A stretch of 64,000 nucleotides of DNA. It comes from an uncultured delta proteobacterium (GTDB taxonomy: Bacteria; Desulfobacterota; Binatia; UBA9968). How positions within the stretch are numbered: the stretch's first letter is position 1; the number at the start of each line of letters is the position of its first letter. Both the position numbers and the translations under genes were made by a program. The DNA is taken from contig CAVYTU010000014.1 of NCBI GenBank assembly GCA_963771465.1, positions 672,001 to 736,000 of the forward strand, written 5' to 3'. The notes below the pieces were generated by a model. It was not told where the DNA came from, made no database searches, and worked only from the letters and a program-made list of their open reading frames with translations. Positions 29,485 through 39,767 of the stretch are shown here, piece by piece.

Positions 29485-30666
29485 ATGTTTCCTTCGATGT
29501 CAGCATTTTTGGAAGTGCTCGGGGTCGCGCTTCGTCTCGGCCTCACTTCCTTCGGTGGGCCGATCGCGCATCTGGGGTATTTTCGTGACGAGTATGTGGT
29601 GCGACGGCAGTGGTTGGATGAGAAAAGTTATGCTGATCTGGTCGCGCTGTGCCAATTTCTCCCCGGGCCGGCGAGTAGTCAGGTGGGGATGGCGATTGGC
29701 ATTGCCCGCGCGGGTTTGCCTGGTGCGTTGGCGGCGTGGCTGGGATTTACTCTGCCGTCTGCGCTGCTGCTGGTCGCGTTTGCCTTCGGTGTTAGTGCGA
29801 TTGACACTGTGGCAGCCGCGGGTTGGTTGCATGGTTTGAAAGTCGTTGCCGTCGCCGTCGTGGCGCAAGCGGTTTGGGGGATGGCAAAGTCGCTTTGCCC
29901 GGATCGCCAACGCGCGACGGTGGCGATTGTCGCAGCGATAGTGACCCTCAGTTGGCCAACGGCTGTTGGCCAACTGCTTTCGATTATCGGCGCAGGTATC
30001 ATCGGTTGGTCATTTCTGGCGCCGGCTACGCTCGCTTCTCAGGCCCACGCGCAGTTTCCCGTAAGCAAGCGCGCGGGTGTGATTGCATGGATTATCTTTT
30101 TCGTTTTATTGCTTGGCCTGCCAGTGATTCGACCGTTGGCGGAGAGTCATTCGCTCGATGTCTTCGATAGTTTTTTTCGTGTCGGTTCATTAGTCTTCGG
30201 CGGCGGACATGTGGTGTTGCCGTTGCTGCAAGCGGAGGTCGTCGGTCCTGGTTGGATCACCAACGAACAATTCGTCGCCGGCTATGGCGCGACCCAGGCA
30301 GTGCCGGGACCGTTGTTTACATTCTCGGCTTATTTGGGCGCTGTCATGAACGGCTGGGGCGGAGCGTTATTGACTCTGGTCGCTATCTTTCTGCCGTCGT
30401 TTCTACTGGTCGTCGGTGCGTTGCCGTTTTGGGATATGTTGCGGGGGAATATAAATTTTCAGTCGGCGCTGAGCGGCATCAACGCCGCGGTTGTTGGATT
30501 GCTTCTGGCTGCGCTCTATCAGCCGGTGTGGACGAGCGCGATTCACGCTCCTGCCGATTTCGCGCTTGGCTTGGTTGGCTTTGGACTGCTGACGTTCTGG
30601 CAATGGCCGCCATGGATTGTGGTGCTCTTGAGCGCCGCGGCGGGCGAGATACTTTCGCGTTTCTGA
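29485..30666 (+). CDS. chrA: Long-chain chromate efflux transporter (CHR family)
   Basis: GLTSFGGPIAHLG, CQFLPGPASSQ, FGGGHVVLP, QAVPGP. Confidence 0.93.
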   Translation: MFPSMSAFLEVLGVALRLGLTSFGGPIAHLGYFRDEYVVRRQWLDEKSYADLVALCQFLPGPASSQVGMAIGIARAGLPGALAAWLGFTLPSALLLVAFAFGVSAIDTVAAAGWLHGLKVVAVAVVAQAVWGMAKSLCPDRQRATVAIVAAIVTLSWPTAVGQLLSIIGAGIIGWSFLAPATLASQAHAQFPVSKRAGVIAWIIFFVLLLGLPVIRPLAESHSLDVFDSFFRVGSLVFGGGHVVLPLLQAEVVGPGWITNEQFVAGYGATQAVPGPLFTFSAYLGAVMNGWGGALLTLVAIFLPSFLLVVGALPFWDMLRGNINFQSALSGINAAVVGLLLAALYQPVWTSAIHAPADFALGLVGFGLLTFWQWPPWIVVLLSAAAGEILSRF

Positions 30667-30841
30667 CGAAGTTATGGGGACCCGCAGTTTTGACGCCGGC
30701 GATTGCCGGTAAAACGCCGACTGGGCCCGTATGAGAATCGGCATTCTGTGCTTTGTTTGACGGCCTTTGCTTATCCGTCACCGCGCGCTAATATCTCGCT
30801 GGCGCGGCGACGGCGGCACGGTCGCCGAAGGAGCTAAAAGA

Positions 30842-32203
30842 ATGGATATCGGGTTTGAAATTCTCATCATTACTATGTTGATTCTGGTCAACGGTATTTT
30901 CGCCATGTCGGAGATGGCCGTGATCACGGCGCGTAAGTCGCGATTGCAGGATTGGGTTAAGAAAGGAAATAGCCGCGCCAAGGCAGCGTTAGAGCTGGCC
31001 CAATCGCCTAATCGGTTTCTTTCGTCGGTACAGATCGGCATCACGTCGATTGGCATCCTTGCCGGTGTGTTTGCCGGCCGCGGTGTCGCGGTGTGGATGG
31101 CGAATTATTTACAGGCGCTGCCGTTGGTCGGCGAGTATCACCAGCAAATCGGTCTCGGCTTGGTGGTGTTCATCATTACTTATTTTTCGTTGGTGATCGG
31201 TGAACTGGTGCCCAAGCGTCTGGCCCTGCGTCATCCGGAGACGATCGCGACCTGGGTCGCGCTGCCGCTACGTTTGTTCGCGCGCCTCTCCGCGCCGATG
31301 GTGCATTTGCTGAGCCTGTCGACCGAGATTGTCTGCCGCCCATTTGGCAAAACCCAGTCCGATGAGCCGCCCGTGACCGAGGATGAAATCAAAACGCTTG
31401 TGCAGCAGGGAACCGAGGCCGGCGTTTTCGAGGAGAAGGCGGAAGACATGGTTGAAGCGGTGCTCCGCCTTGGCGGCAAGACTGCCCGGTCGCTGATGAC
31501 ACCGCGTACCCAGATCGCCTGGCTGGACCTGGAAAACAGCATGGAAGAGATCCGCGCTAAGATCAGCTCAATCGGTCATTCGCGCTTTCCAGTTGCCGCG
31601 GGCAGTCTCGACAAGGTTACCGGCATCGTCCAGGCGAAGGATATGTTGGCGCTCACGCTCGCCAATAAACCGATCGATCTCAACACATTGATGCAGCAGC
31701 CGCTGTTTGTGCCGCGGACGATTTCGGCCTTGGAATTATTGGAATCCTTCAAAACGAGCAATAAGCATATCGCCCTCGTCGTCGACGAATACGGCGGCAT
31801 CGAAGGCTTGCTCACGCACCATGACATTCTCGAAGCGATCGCCGGCGATATCCCCATCGGCGAACAACCTTCCGATCCAAAGGCGGCGCGGCGCCATGAC
31901 GGCTCGTGGTTGCTCGATGGCATGTTGAGCATCGATGATTTTAAGGAAATATTTCACATCGAAACTTTGCCTGGAGAGAAACGCGATGCGTATCAAACTC
32001 TTGGCGGGTTCGTTTTTACTCAAATGGGCCGCGTGCCATCGGTGGCGGAATCGTTCGATTGGCAGGGACTACGTTTCGAGATCGTCGACATGGATGGTAA
32101 GCGCATCGACAAGGTCTTGGTTATGGCGAAGGAAGGCGTTAACCCAGAGAATGCGGCAAAGCCGCCACCGTCGGATCCGGATCGCGCCGCCGATGACCTT
32201 TGA
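30842..32203 (+). CDS. CNNM/hemolysin-family protein (DUF21-CBS-CBS-CorC)
   Basis: FAMSEMA, GELVPKRLA, MTPR, HSRFPV, VVDEYGG, YQTLGG. Confidence 0.93.
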   Translation: MDIGFEILIITMLILVNGIFAMSEMAVITARKSRLQDWVKKGNSRAKAALELAQSPNRFLSSVQIGITSIGILAGVFAGRGVAVWMANYLQALPLVGEYHQQIGLGLVVFIITYFSLVIGELVPKRLALRHPETIATWVALPLRLFARLSAPMVHLLSLSTEIVCRPFGKTQSDEPPVTEDEIKTLVQQGTEAGVFEEKAEDMVEAVLRLGGKTARSLMTPRTQIAWLDLENSMEEIRAKISSIGHSRFPVAAGSLDKVTGIVQAKDMLALTLANKPIDLNTLMQQPLFVPRTISALELLESFKTSNKHIALVVDEYGGIEGLLTHHDILEAIAGDIPIGEQPSDPKAARRHDGSWLLDGMLSIDDFKEIFHIETLPGEKRDAYQTLGGFVFTQMGRVPSVAESFDWQGLRFEIVDMDGKRIDKVLVMAKEGVNPENAAKPPPSDPDRAADDL

Positions 32204-32260
32204 GACAATGGGATAATTCCGGCGGGCGATGTGGCGTTGCCGAATAATCGCATCGTCTGT

Positions 32261-32701
32261 CTAAGTGCGGCGCAGCTCCGCTTGTAACGAAGCGTATAAG
32301 GCATCGTAGAGAAAGGATGCCTTTTCGACTGTCTCCGCGTCATCTCGTGTAACCTGAGGAAAGCCGTGGGAGATCGCTCTGATTCCCGCCGATTCTTTGG
32401 TTAGGTCGATCTCTTCAGGAAAGTCGGCGCCGCGCACGATGCGCGCGATCTGCTTGAGAACCGGATCGCCTGAACAGTATTCATCGACGAGCGCTTCAAA
32501 GGAACAGCGTCCCTGATCATCTTTGTGCGGATACGTTGCCCCAGGGGCGTCGAAGCCTTTGGCGTTCTGCTCCCTTTGCACTTGTGCGACTTCGTCCGGC
32601 TCGACGAATATAAATTCCGCTTGGGGATCGATGAACCGACGGATCAACCACGCCGTGGCGACACGGTTAACGCGGATCTGTTTTCGGGTAACCCACTTCA
32701 T
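32261..32701 (-). CDS. Chromate resistance protein, ChrB C-terminal domain only (ChrF-like)
   Basis: MKWVTR...RVATAWLIRRFID..AEF, CSFEAL, IVRGAD, YDALY; follows chrA. Confidence 0.88.
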   Translation of the reverse strand: MKWVTRKQIRVNRVATAWLIRRFIDPQAEFIFVEPDEVAQVQREQNAKGFDAPGATYPHKDDQGRCSFEALVDEYCSGDPVLKQIARIVRGADFPEEIDLTKESAGIRAISHGFPQVTRDDAETVEKASFLYDALYASLQAELRRT

Positions 32702-32711
32702 TCAACAAACC

Positions 32712-33875
32712 TCAGTGAAAAATTGGATAAACTATTAAGCCGACCAGGCCGGCGATGGAAACGATAATAGGCTCAGGGATTTTGTAGCGCCAGAGAATCG
32801 CCAGGCTAACGAGTGCGATCGCCGCCGTCGGCAAGTCGACGATCGCGCGCGTGGTCAAGACCAACACCGCACCGGTAATGGCGCCTGTGGCGGCGGCGGT
32901 GGCGCCGTCGACAAATGACTTCAGCTGGGGGTTATCGCGGTGGCGTTTGAACCACGGCGCGGGAACGATGGTAAAAATATAAACCGGCAGGAAGATGCCG
33001 ATGGAAGCCATGACCGCCCCGCCTAATCCTGCGACGAGAAAGCCGATGAAGGCAACGGTGATGACGACTGGTCCCGGCGTGATCATCGCCACGGCGACGG
33101 CGTCGAGAAACTGATGATCGTTCAGCCAACCGAATTGCTGAACAACTCCTTGCTGCAAGAATGGAATGATCGCCAGGCCGCTGCCAAAAACAAAAGCGCC
33201 GGCTTTGGTGAAGAATAAAAGAATTTGTACCAACACGTTGCCGGAATCGGCTGCCGTACCGGTTTGACGCAGCCACGCTTCGAGCGCCCAAATGATAAAA
33301 CCCGCGGCTATGCCACCTAGCGCCATCAGAATGGCGGGTTTCAACCCCGGCCAGGCACGCACTAAAAGTGCGACAACGCCGGCGAGAATAAAAAATTCCG
33401 CTAGCTCAGCCTGAGCCCACAACGTGACCCCGGTGAGCGCGATGAAGATGGCCCAGAGTAGCGGATCGCGTTTGTTGGTGCTACGCGCGAGCTTGTAAGC
33501 GGCGATGGCGATGATCGCGATGACCGTCGCGCCGATGGCGTAGAACAGCGCCTGCATCCACCACAGCCCGCCGTAGGCGATGTAGACCAGCGAGATGCCG
33601 ACCACCATTAGAAACGACGGCAGCACGAACGCCAGTCCAGCTACGGTCGCGCCCGCGACTCCAGCTTCGAAATAGCCGATGGCGATGGCGACTTGCGCGG
33701 CCAGCGGGCCGGGCATGATCTGCGCCAGCGCCAGGGATAATTTATAAGTGTCTTCGGAAATGCATGCGCGTTTCTCAACCAGGTCGCGATGCATGAAGCC
33801 GACCAACGCTACTGGGCCGCCGAAGCCAAAGGCGCCGAGGTAGAGAAAGTAGCGAATGAGTTCGGTCAAAGACAT
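32712..33875 (-). CDS. chrA: Second long-chain chromate efflux transporter (different subfamily)
   Basis: GFGGPVALVG, LAQIMPGPLAAQ, FGSGLAIIPF, MITPGPVVIT. Confidence 0.93.
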   Translation of the reverse strand: MSLTELIRYFLYLGAFGFGGPVALVGFMHRDLVEKRACISEDTYKLSLALAQIMPGPLAAQVAIAIGYFEAGVAGATVAGLAFVLPSFLMVVGISLVYIAYGGLWWMQALFYAIGATVIAIIAIAAYKLARSTNKRDPLLWAIFIALTGVTLWAQAELAEFFILAGVVALLVRAWPGLKPAILMALGGIAAGFIIWALEAWLRQTGTAADSGNVLVQILLFFTKAGAFVFGSGLAIIPFLQQGVVQQFGWLNDHQFLDAVAVAMITPGPVVITVAFIGFLVAGLGGAVMASIGIFLPVYIFTIVPAPWFKRHRDNPQLKSFVDGATAAATGAITGAVLVLTTRAIVDLPTAAIALVSLAILWRYKIPEPIIVSIAGLVGLIVYPIFH

Positions 33876-33971
33876 GGCCTCGGCTAGTAGCACAAGCCGG
33901 CTGGACAAAACCAGAGGCGGGTGGAAGTATCACGGCGAATTCGATATAGAAATTTTTAGGAGAATCGAAGC

Positions 33972-34961
33972 ATGCTAAAAGTCATCCCAGTTGAAGAAGC
34001 CGTTGGATTACCACTGGCGCACGACATTACTGAGATCATTCCGGGAAAACACAAGGGACCGGCTTTTCGCCGCGGCCATATTATTCGGCCCGAAGATGTC
34101 TCGAAACTATTGGATGTCGGCAAGGCCAATATTTACGTCATGAATCTGGAGCAAGACGAGCTGCACGAAGAGGATGCCGCGCGCCGGCTGGCCACAGCGG
34201 CGGCGGGCGAGAACCTACGACTGACCGATCCAAGCGAAGGTCGAGTCAATCTGGTGGCAACCATTTCCGGATTACTCAAAGTCGACGTCGATTTGCTTTA
34301 CCGTTTCAATTCCCTCGGCGATCTCATGTTGGCGACCTTGCCAGGCGACCGCTACGTTAAGGAAGGCACCGTGGTCGCCGGCACGCGGACGATCCCGGTC
34401 GTCGTCAAAGAAGAATTGATTCAGAAGGCCGAGGCGCTATGTAAGGGCAGACCGATCGCAACGATTTTACCCATGCCAGCCAAGAGAGTTCATCTGGTCG
34501 TCACCGGCAGCGAAGTGTTTACCGGCAGAATCAAAGACGGCTTCGGTCCGGTGGTGACCAGGAAAGTTAGCGAGTTGGGATCGAGCGTCGAGTCGGTGAA
34601 GGTAGGGCCGGACGATCCGGATGTCATTGGCCGATTGATTAAGGACGCCAAGCAAGCGGGCGCTGACGTAATTCTCGTTAGCGGCGGTATGTCGGTCGAT
34701 CCGGATGACAAGACGCCGGAGGGAATTCGGCGCAGCGGCGCGATGGTGGAGACCCATGGATTTCCAATTTTGCCCGGCTCGATGTTTTTGATGGCTTATC
34801 TGGGCGAAACGCCGGTGATGGGATTGTCTGGCTGCGTGCTGCACGATCCGTTTACCGCATTCGATGCGCTCTTGCCGCGCATGCTTGCCGGCGAAAAGAT
34901 CAGCCGCGCCGATATCATGAAGATGGGGCATGGCGGTCTGGCGAAGAAACACGACCATTGA
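33972..34961 (+). CDS. Molybdopterin-binding (MoeA-like) protein
   Basis: LAHDITEIIPG..KGPAFRRGH, VTGSEV, GGMSVDPDD.TP, PGSM. Confidence 0.85.
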   Translation: MLKVIPVEEAVGLPLAHDITEIIPGKHKGPAFRRGHIIRPEDVSKLLDVGKANIYVMNLEQDELHEEDAARRLATAAAGENLRLTDPSEGRVNLVATISGLLKVDVDLLYRFNSLGDLMLATLPGDRYVKEGTVVAGTRTIPVVVKEELIQKAEALCKGRPIATILPMPAKRVHLVVTGSEVFTGRIKDGFGPVVTRKVSELGSSVESVKVGPDDPDVIGRLIKDAKQAGADVILVSGGMSVDPDDKTPEGIRRSGAMVETHGFPILPGSMFLMAYLGETPVMGLSGCVLHDPFTAFDALLPRMLAGEKISRADIMKMGHGGLAKKHDH

Positions 34962-34963
34962 AG

Positions 34964-35016
34964 AAAATGGAGAATTGAGAATGGAGATTTGATAATTTCA
35001 ATCCTTCATTCTCCGT
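34964..35016. repeat. Intergenic heptamer repeats with an inverted counterpart
   Basis: AAAATGG AGAATTG AGAATGG AGATTTG ... TTTCAAT CCTTCAT TCTCCGT. Confidence 0.7.
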
Positions 35017-35035
35017 TGAAAAACTCGAGGTGCAT

Positions 35036-35686
35036 ATGGACGTATTACGAACTTTGAAAGAGCGCTGCAATCCGAAGAATGGCGCGCTGGTTGTGGTCGA
35101 CGTGCAAAACGATTTCGTCAGTCCCGACGGCAGCGCCGGCAAACGTGGTGACGATTGTAGCGCGGCGCTGGCGATGGTGCCGAATTTGCTGCGCTTGATC
35201 GACGAGGCGAGGCGGATTGGCCTGACCATCGTTTACATTCGCACCACCCACAGCGAGTGGACCGACACGCCGTCGTGGATTTATCGCAGCACACAGAAGA
35301 GCGGGCTCAGCACTTGCCGAGAGGGAACTTGGGGCGCGGAATTCTATGAAGGAATTTCGCCTTTGCCATCTGAGCGGGTGGTGATCAAACACCGCTACAG
35401 CGCATTCATCAACACCGATCTCAACACCGTGCTCAAAGCGCGTAATATTCAGAGCGTGCTGGTGTGCGGTGTGGCGACCAATGTTTGTGTCGAGACCACG
35501 GCTCGGGACGCGTATATGTATGATTACTACGTTACGATGATCGACGATTGCTCGGCGGCCTACGAGGCGAAACTGCATCTAGGCACATTGGACAATATGC
35601 GGCGCCATTTCGGCTTGGTAGCTTCGTCGAGTGAGATTATTGACACCTGGCGCGATTTACCGGCGAAACAAGCGGCGGGTTTGTAA
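35036..35686 (+). CDS. Isochorismatase-family cysteine hydrolase (RutB-like)
   Basis: VVDVQNDF, KHRYSAF, ATNVCVETTARDA. Confidence 0.9.
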   Translation: MDVLRTLKERCNPKNGALVVVDVQNDFVSPDGSAGKRGDDCSAALAMVPNLLRLIDEARRIGLTIVYIRTTHSEWTDTPSWIYRSTQKSGLSTCREGTWGAEFYEGISPLPSERVVIKHRYSAFINTDLNTVLKARNIQSVLVCGVATNVCVETTARDAYMYDYYVTMIDDCSAAYEAKLHLGTLDNMRRHFGLVASSSEIIDTWRDLPAKQAAGL

Positions 35687-35712
35687 CTTCTATTTAAAAG
35701 TTCAAGAGATTT

Positions 35713-35751
35713 AAAAAAATAGGCCCGGTAGGATTCCTACCGGGCCTATTT
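35713..35751. terminator. Intrinsic terminator between convergent genes (likely bidirectional)
   Basis: Perfect 17-bp inverted repeat AAATAGGCCCGGTAGGA-T-TCCTACCGGGCCTATTT; the A7 run gives a U tract on the minus strand. Confidence 0.88.
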
Positions 35752-35775
35752 CCGTTCAAGGGTCTGGGAGCAGAT

Positions 35776-36804
35776 TTACTTCATCATATCCGCGTTAATT
35801 CTTTCCAATGCTTCGAGCGGTGGCTGCAGGTCGGCCTGGCCGAGCTCCGAAAGCGGGATGTCGCAGAGATTTAGTTCTTCGGCGAACTCTTTGCGGTTTG
35901 GGTTGTAATAAATTAGCCCCGTCAGAAATTTTCCTTCGGCGATGGAGCCGTGAATCGCTTGGATCGCGGCGGCTTTGTTGGTCGGGTCGTAACCCTTGCC
36001 AAGCTTGTGCAGGATAATGCGAGAGCCGTCATGCATTTCCACTTCGTGGTCGGTGCCCTCGTCATAGTCCGCTTCGATATTCTCGTAGGGCGGGATGAAG
36101 TCGAGATCGTGAATCGGGTCGAGATGGCCTTTGACGTATTTCAAACTTTTCGTCGAGCCTTCGTGGTTGTTGAACGTCACGCACGGGCTGATGACGTCGA
36201 GAATCGCGCTGCCTTTGTGCGCCAGCGCACCCTGCACCAGCGGCGTGAGCTGCTTGCGGTCGCCGGAAAAGCTCCGCGCGATATAAGTGGCTCCGAGAGT
36301 GATCGCCAATTCCGCCAAGTCGATGGCCGGGATGTCGTTAACCTTGCCGCCTTTCATCACTGACCCGACATCGGCGGTGGCGGAGAATTGACCTTTGGTC
36401 AGACCATAGACGCCGTTGTTCTCGATGATGTAGGTGATGTTCACGTTGCGCCGCATCATGTGACAGAAGTTGCCCAGCCCTATCGCCGAAGTGTCGCCGT
36501 CGCCGGAGACGCCGATCGGCAGCAACGTGTGGTTCGCCAAGTTCGCGCCGGTCGCGACTGCCGACATTCTGCCGTGCACAGCGTTGAAACCGAATGATTG
36601 GCTCAAAAAATAAGCCGGCGTTTTCGATGAACAGCCGATGCCGCTCAACTTGACGACTTTGCGCGGGTCAACGCTGCTTTCGTAATAAGCGCGCTGCACG
36701 GAGGCGGAAATCGCGTCGTGACCGCAGCCTTTGCACATGGTCGACGCTGCGCCGTCATAATCTTTCTCGGTTAAATTAAGCTTGTTGAGTTTTGCTTCTG
36801 CCAT
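35776..36804 (-). CDS. korB: 2-oxoacid:ferredoxin oxidoreductase beta subunit
   Basis: CKGCGH, SGIGCSSK, VHGR, GDGD, NNGVYGLTKGQ, SPCVTFN. Confidence 0.93.
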   Translation of the reverse strand: MAEAKLNKLNLTEKDYDGAASTMCKGCGHDAISASVQRAYYESSVDPRKVVKLSGIGCSSKTPAYFLSQSFGFNAVHGRMSAVATGANLANHTLLPIGVSGDGDTSAIGLGNFCHMMRRNVNITYIIENNGVYGLTKGQFSATADVGSVMKGGKVNDIPAIDLAELAITLGATYIARSFSGDRKQLTPLVQGALAHKGSAILDVISPCVTFNNHEGSTKSLKYVKGHLDPIHDLDFIPPYENIEADYDEGTDHEVEMHDGSRIILHKLGKGYDPTNKAAAIQAIHGSIAEGKFLTGLIYYNPNRKEFAEELNLCDIPLSELGQADLQPPLEALERINADMMK

Positions 36805-36819
36805 GTTTTTGTCCTGTCC

Positions 36820-38640
36820 TTACGCAGTTTTTGCCGACTGTGCTGCAGCGAATATCTGGTTAACGACTTCAAGCGGTGTCGCGGGTAGGCCGTTGTAAAT
36901 TAACACGCTAACGATTTTCGCTCCCAACTCCGGCGATTCATCCTTTATAATCGCAGCCATCTGACCGTCGCGATTTTGCTCCACGAGATAAATGGTATCG
37001 TGCTCCGCAAGGAATTCCATAACCTCGCTTGTGAGTGGTAGGGCGCGAATAAGCATATGATTGGTTTTTAAGCCGCGCGCCTTCAAACGATCGCGCGCTT
37101 CGCGCACCGGCTCGTAGCTGGAACCGTAGCAGATGATGCCCGTTTTAACACCGCGCTCTTTTTCGATGATCGGCTTGGGCACAAACTTGCGAGCGGTTTC
37201 GAATTTCTTGCGCAGCCGATCGAGGATGTATTTATAGTCGTGCTCGTCTTCGGAGTAACGCGCGTCGGCATCGTGGCCGGAGCCGCGGGTAAAGTAGGAA
37301 GCCATTCTATTTTGATTGCCCGGCACGGTGCGATACGGGATGCCGTCGCCGTCTTGGTCGAAGTAGCGGCGGAATTTTTTGCCAGCCTTGGTCCATTCCT
37401 CCAAATCTTGAGCGCTCAGCCGTTTTCCCTGATCGTACGGATCCTGATTCAGTTTGAGCGGGTCTGACGACCACATGTTCATGCCGAGGTCGAGATCCAT
37501 CGCGACAAACACTGGAGTTTGAAATCGGTCGGCATAGTTAAAACTTTGACGCGCGATGTCGAAACAAGAATTCATGTCATGGGGAATCAAGATAATGTGA
37601 CGGGTGTCGCCATGTGAGGCGTTGTACATGAGCGAGATATCGGACTGTTGGGTTCTGGTTGGCAAACCGGTCGATGGACCGCCGCGTTGAATGATGAAAA
37701 ACACACAGGGAATCTCGGCGAAGTAGGCGAGACCGATGGACTCGTTCATCAATGAAACACCGGGTCCTGAAGTTGAGGTCATCGCTCGTGCGCCGGTCCA
37801 TCCCGCGCCGACAATCATGCCGGCCGAGGCGATTTCATCCTCCGCTTGGACGATGGCATATGTTTTCTTGCCTTCGATCGGTTTACGCAAGCGTGGTAAA
37901 TAGTACTCCATCGATTCGGCCAGCGAGCTCGACGGCGTGATCGGATACCAGCAGATAACCGAAGCGCCGCCGTAAATCGCGCCGAGAGCGGCGGCGGTGT
38001 TGCCTTCGGTGATGATTTTGCCCTTATTGCCGTCAGGGATAGCTTCGAGGCGGGCGATGTTCTGCTTGACACCTTGGTCTTTTAAATACTGATAGCCCGC
38101 GTCGATACAAACGAGGTTCGATTCGATGACCGCTGGCTTTTTGCCGAAAGTATCCTCAAGAACCGCTTTGATAACCGCCATGTCGATGCCGAACAGATAG
38201 GCCAAAGCACCGACATAGACCATATTGCGCTGCTTGGCGCGAAGTGGTGAAGCTGGGACGAGCTTGGCTACCAATTTGTTGGCCGGAAAACCGACATACT
38301 GGACGCCGTCGCGCTTCAGACTCGCCTGCAGTGGCGTGGAATCGTCGTAAAGAATAATACCGCCGTCACGGACGCGGTAGATGTCCTTGGACATGGTGGC
38401 GTCGTTGAACATGACCATGACGTCGATGACATCTTTGCGGCTTAGGTAGCCCTCGGCCGAGGCGCGTATTTGATACCACGTCGGCAACCCCTGGATGTTT
38501 GACGGGAACATGTTCTTCGACGAGCAGGGAATGCCCATCTTAAAGATCGCTTTGAAGAGAATATTGTTCGAAGAGGCGCTGCCCGAGCCATTCTCCGTGG
38601 CGACGCAGATGTTTAAGTCATTGATTAGCGGTGTATCCAA
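36820..38640 (-). CDS. korA: 2-oxoacid:ferredoxin oxidoreductase alpha subunit (gamma-alpha fusion)
   Basis: NGSGS, YPITP, QAEDEI, TSGPG, QRGGPSTGLPT; TTG start with AAGGAGG RBS. Confidence 0.93.
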   Translation of the reverse strand: MDTPLINDLNICVATENGSGSASSNNILFKAIFKMGIPCSSKNMFPSNIQGLPTWYQIRASAEGYLSRKDVIDVMVMFNDATMSKDIYRVRDGGIILYDDSTPLQASLKRDGVQYVGFPANKLVAKLVPASPLRAKQRNMVYVGALAYLFGIDMAVIKAVLEDTFGKKPAVIESNLVCIDAGYQYLKDQGVKQNIARLEAIPDGNKGKIITEGNTAAALGAIYGGASVICWYPITPSSSLAESMEYYLPRLRKPIEGKKTYAIVQAEDEIASAGMIVGAGWTGARAMTSTSGPGVSLMNESIGLAYFAEIPCVFFIIQRGGPSTGLPTRTQQSDISLMYNASHGDTRHIILIPHDMNSCFDIARQSFNYADRFQTPVFVAMDLDLGMNMWSSDPLKLNQDPYDQGKRLSAQDLEEWTKAGKKFRRYFDQDGDGIPYRTVPGNQNRMASYFTRGSGHDADARYSEDEHDYKYILDRLRKKFETARKFVPKPIIEKERGVKTGIICYGSSYEPVREARDRLKARGLKTNHMLIRALPLTSEVMEFLAEHDTIYLVEQNRDGQMAAIIKDESPELGAKIVSVLIYNGLPATPLEVVNQIFAAAQSAKTA

Positions 38641-38675
38641 AATGCGACCTCCTTGCAGCTTATGGCAACGCTGCA

Positions 38676-38703
38676 ATTCTAACATGTACCCCTAAAAAGA
38701 CAA
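38676..38703 (-). promoter_or_regulatory. Sigma70 promoter (extended -10) for korAB
   Basis: TTGTCT-N16-TAGAAT with TGn immediately before the -10. Confidence 0.5.
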
Positions 38704-38716
38704 CGCTTTCTGGCCA

Positions 38717-39577
38717 CTAGCCCGGCGTGTATTGGTCTTCCGTATCGAGAAAATCAGCGACTTCCTGCCAGCTGCGGCGCACCTGTTCATCGATATTAAA
38801 TGCGCGCGCATACTGAAGAATCTCTGGCATGGCGACCAGGCCGAGCAATTTACCCTGGTCGCCGCTCACCGGCATGTTGCGAATGTCGCGGCGATACATC
38901 TCTGCCAATACGTCGCCGACCAAGGCTGAGCGCGGCATCGCTATCAGCGGCGCGGTCATCACCTGTTCAATGGGGATTGTTGTCAGATTCATTTCCTTGG
39001 TTGCAACGCGCTTGAGAACGTCGCGCTCGGTAAAGATGCCCACCGGTTGATCCTGAGCGGTGACGACAACCGCGCCACTGCTGTGCTTGATCATTAAAGC
39101 AATGGTTTCGTGAACGCTGGCTGCACCTTCCACCGAAATAATCGAGCTCAGGGCGATATCGCCTAAAGTTCGAGTCTCACTCATACCTTGGCCAAGTTCC
39201 ACTGCAACGTTGAGGATGCGCCGCATGGAGACGATGCCAATGATCTTGCCGCGCCGGCCGCGCACCAACAGGTGGCGGTATTTGCTGCGATACATTCGAC
39301 TGAATGCGTCGATAATGTGGGTTTCCTCGCGCACGGCACGGACCGGGGATGTCATCACGGACTTGATATCGGTTTTTCGGATATCGAGATTGGCATTGAC
39401 CACCCGGCGTAAGACATCTTTTTCGGTGAATATACCGACCGGCACATCATCGTCGGTGATCATGATACGACCGACGTCTTCGGCCACCATTTTTTCTATG
39501 ACTTCGAAGATCGACGCCGTTATCGCTGCTTGGGTGAGATTGGTGGTCATGATCTCACTCACCTTATTGGATAGCAT
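38717..39577 (-). CDS. Stand-alone four-CBS-domain protein
   Basis: Duplicated PVGIFTEKD/PVGIFTERD and VMT.P motifs; start at MLSNKV. Confidence 0.88.
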   Translation of the reverse strand: MLSNKVSEIMTTNLTQAAITASIFEVIEKMVAEDVGRIMITDDDVPVGIFTEKDVLRRVVNANLDIRKTDIKSVMTSPVRAVREETHIIDAFSRMYRSKYRHLLVRGRRGKIIGIVSMRRILNVAVELGQGMSETRTLGDIALSSIISVEGAASVHETIALMIKHSSGAVVVTAQDQPVGIFTERDVLKRVATKEMNLTTIPIEQVMTAPLIAMPRSALVGDVLAEMYRRDIRNMPVSGDQGKLLGLVAMPEILQYARAFNIDEQVRRSWQEVADFLDTEDQYTPG

Positions 39578-39767
39578 AGGACACCTCCTAAGATTGGTCG
39601 TAAAATTGAAAGATCGGCAATCTGATCGTATGATTGCCTGCAATATAGCACTTATCAAGTATTTCGAGACAATCCAGTTGGTCAAATAAATCGCTGGACC
39701 CAAGGATTGCGACCCGGCGCGCAGCCATGTTAGATTTGGTTTCGTTGAAGGAAGGTAAGGCCCGGTT

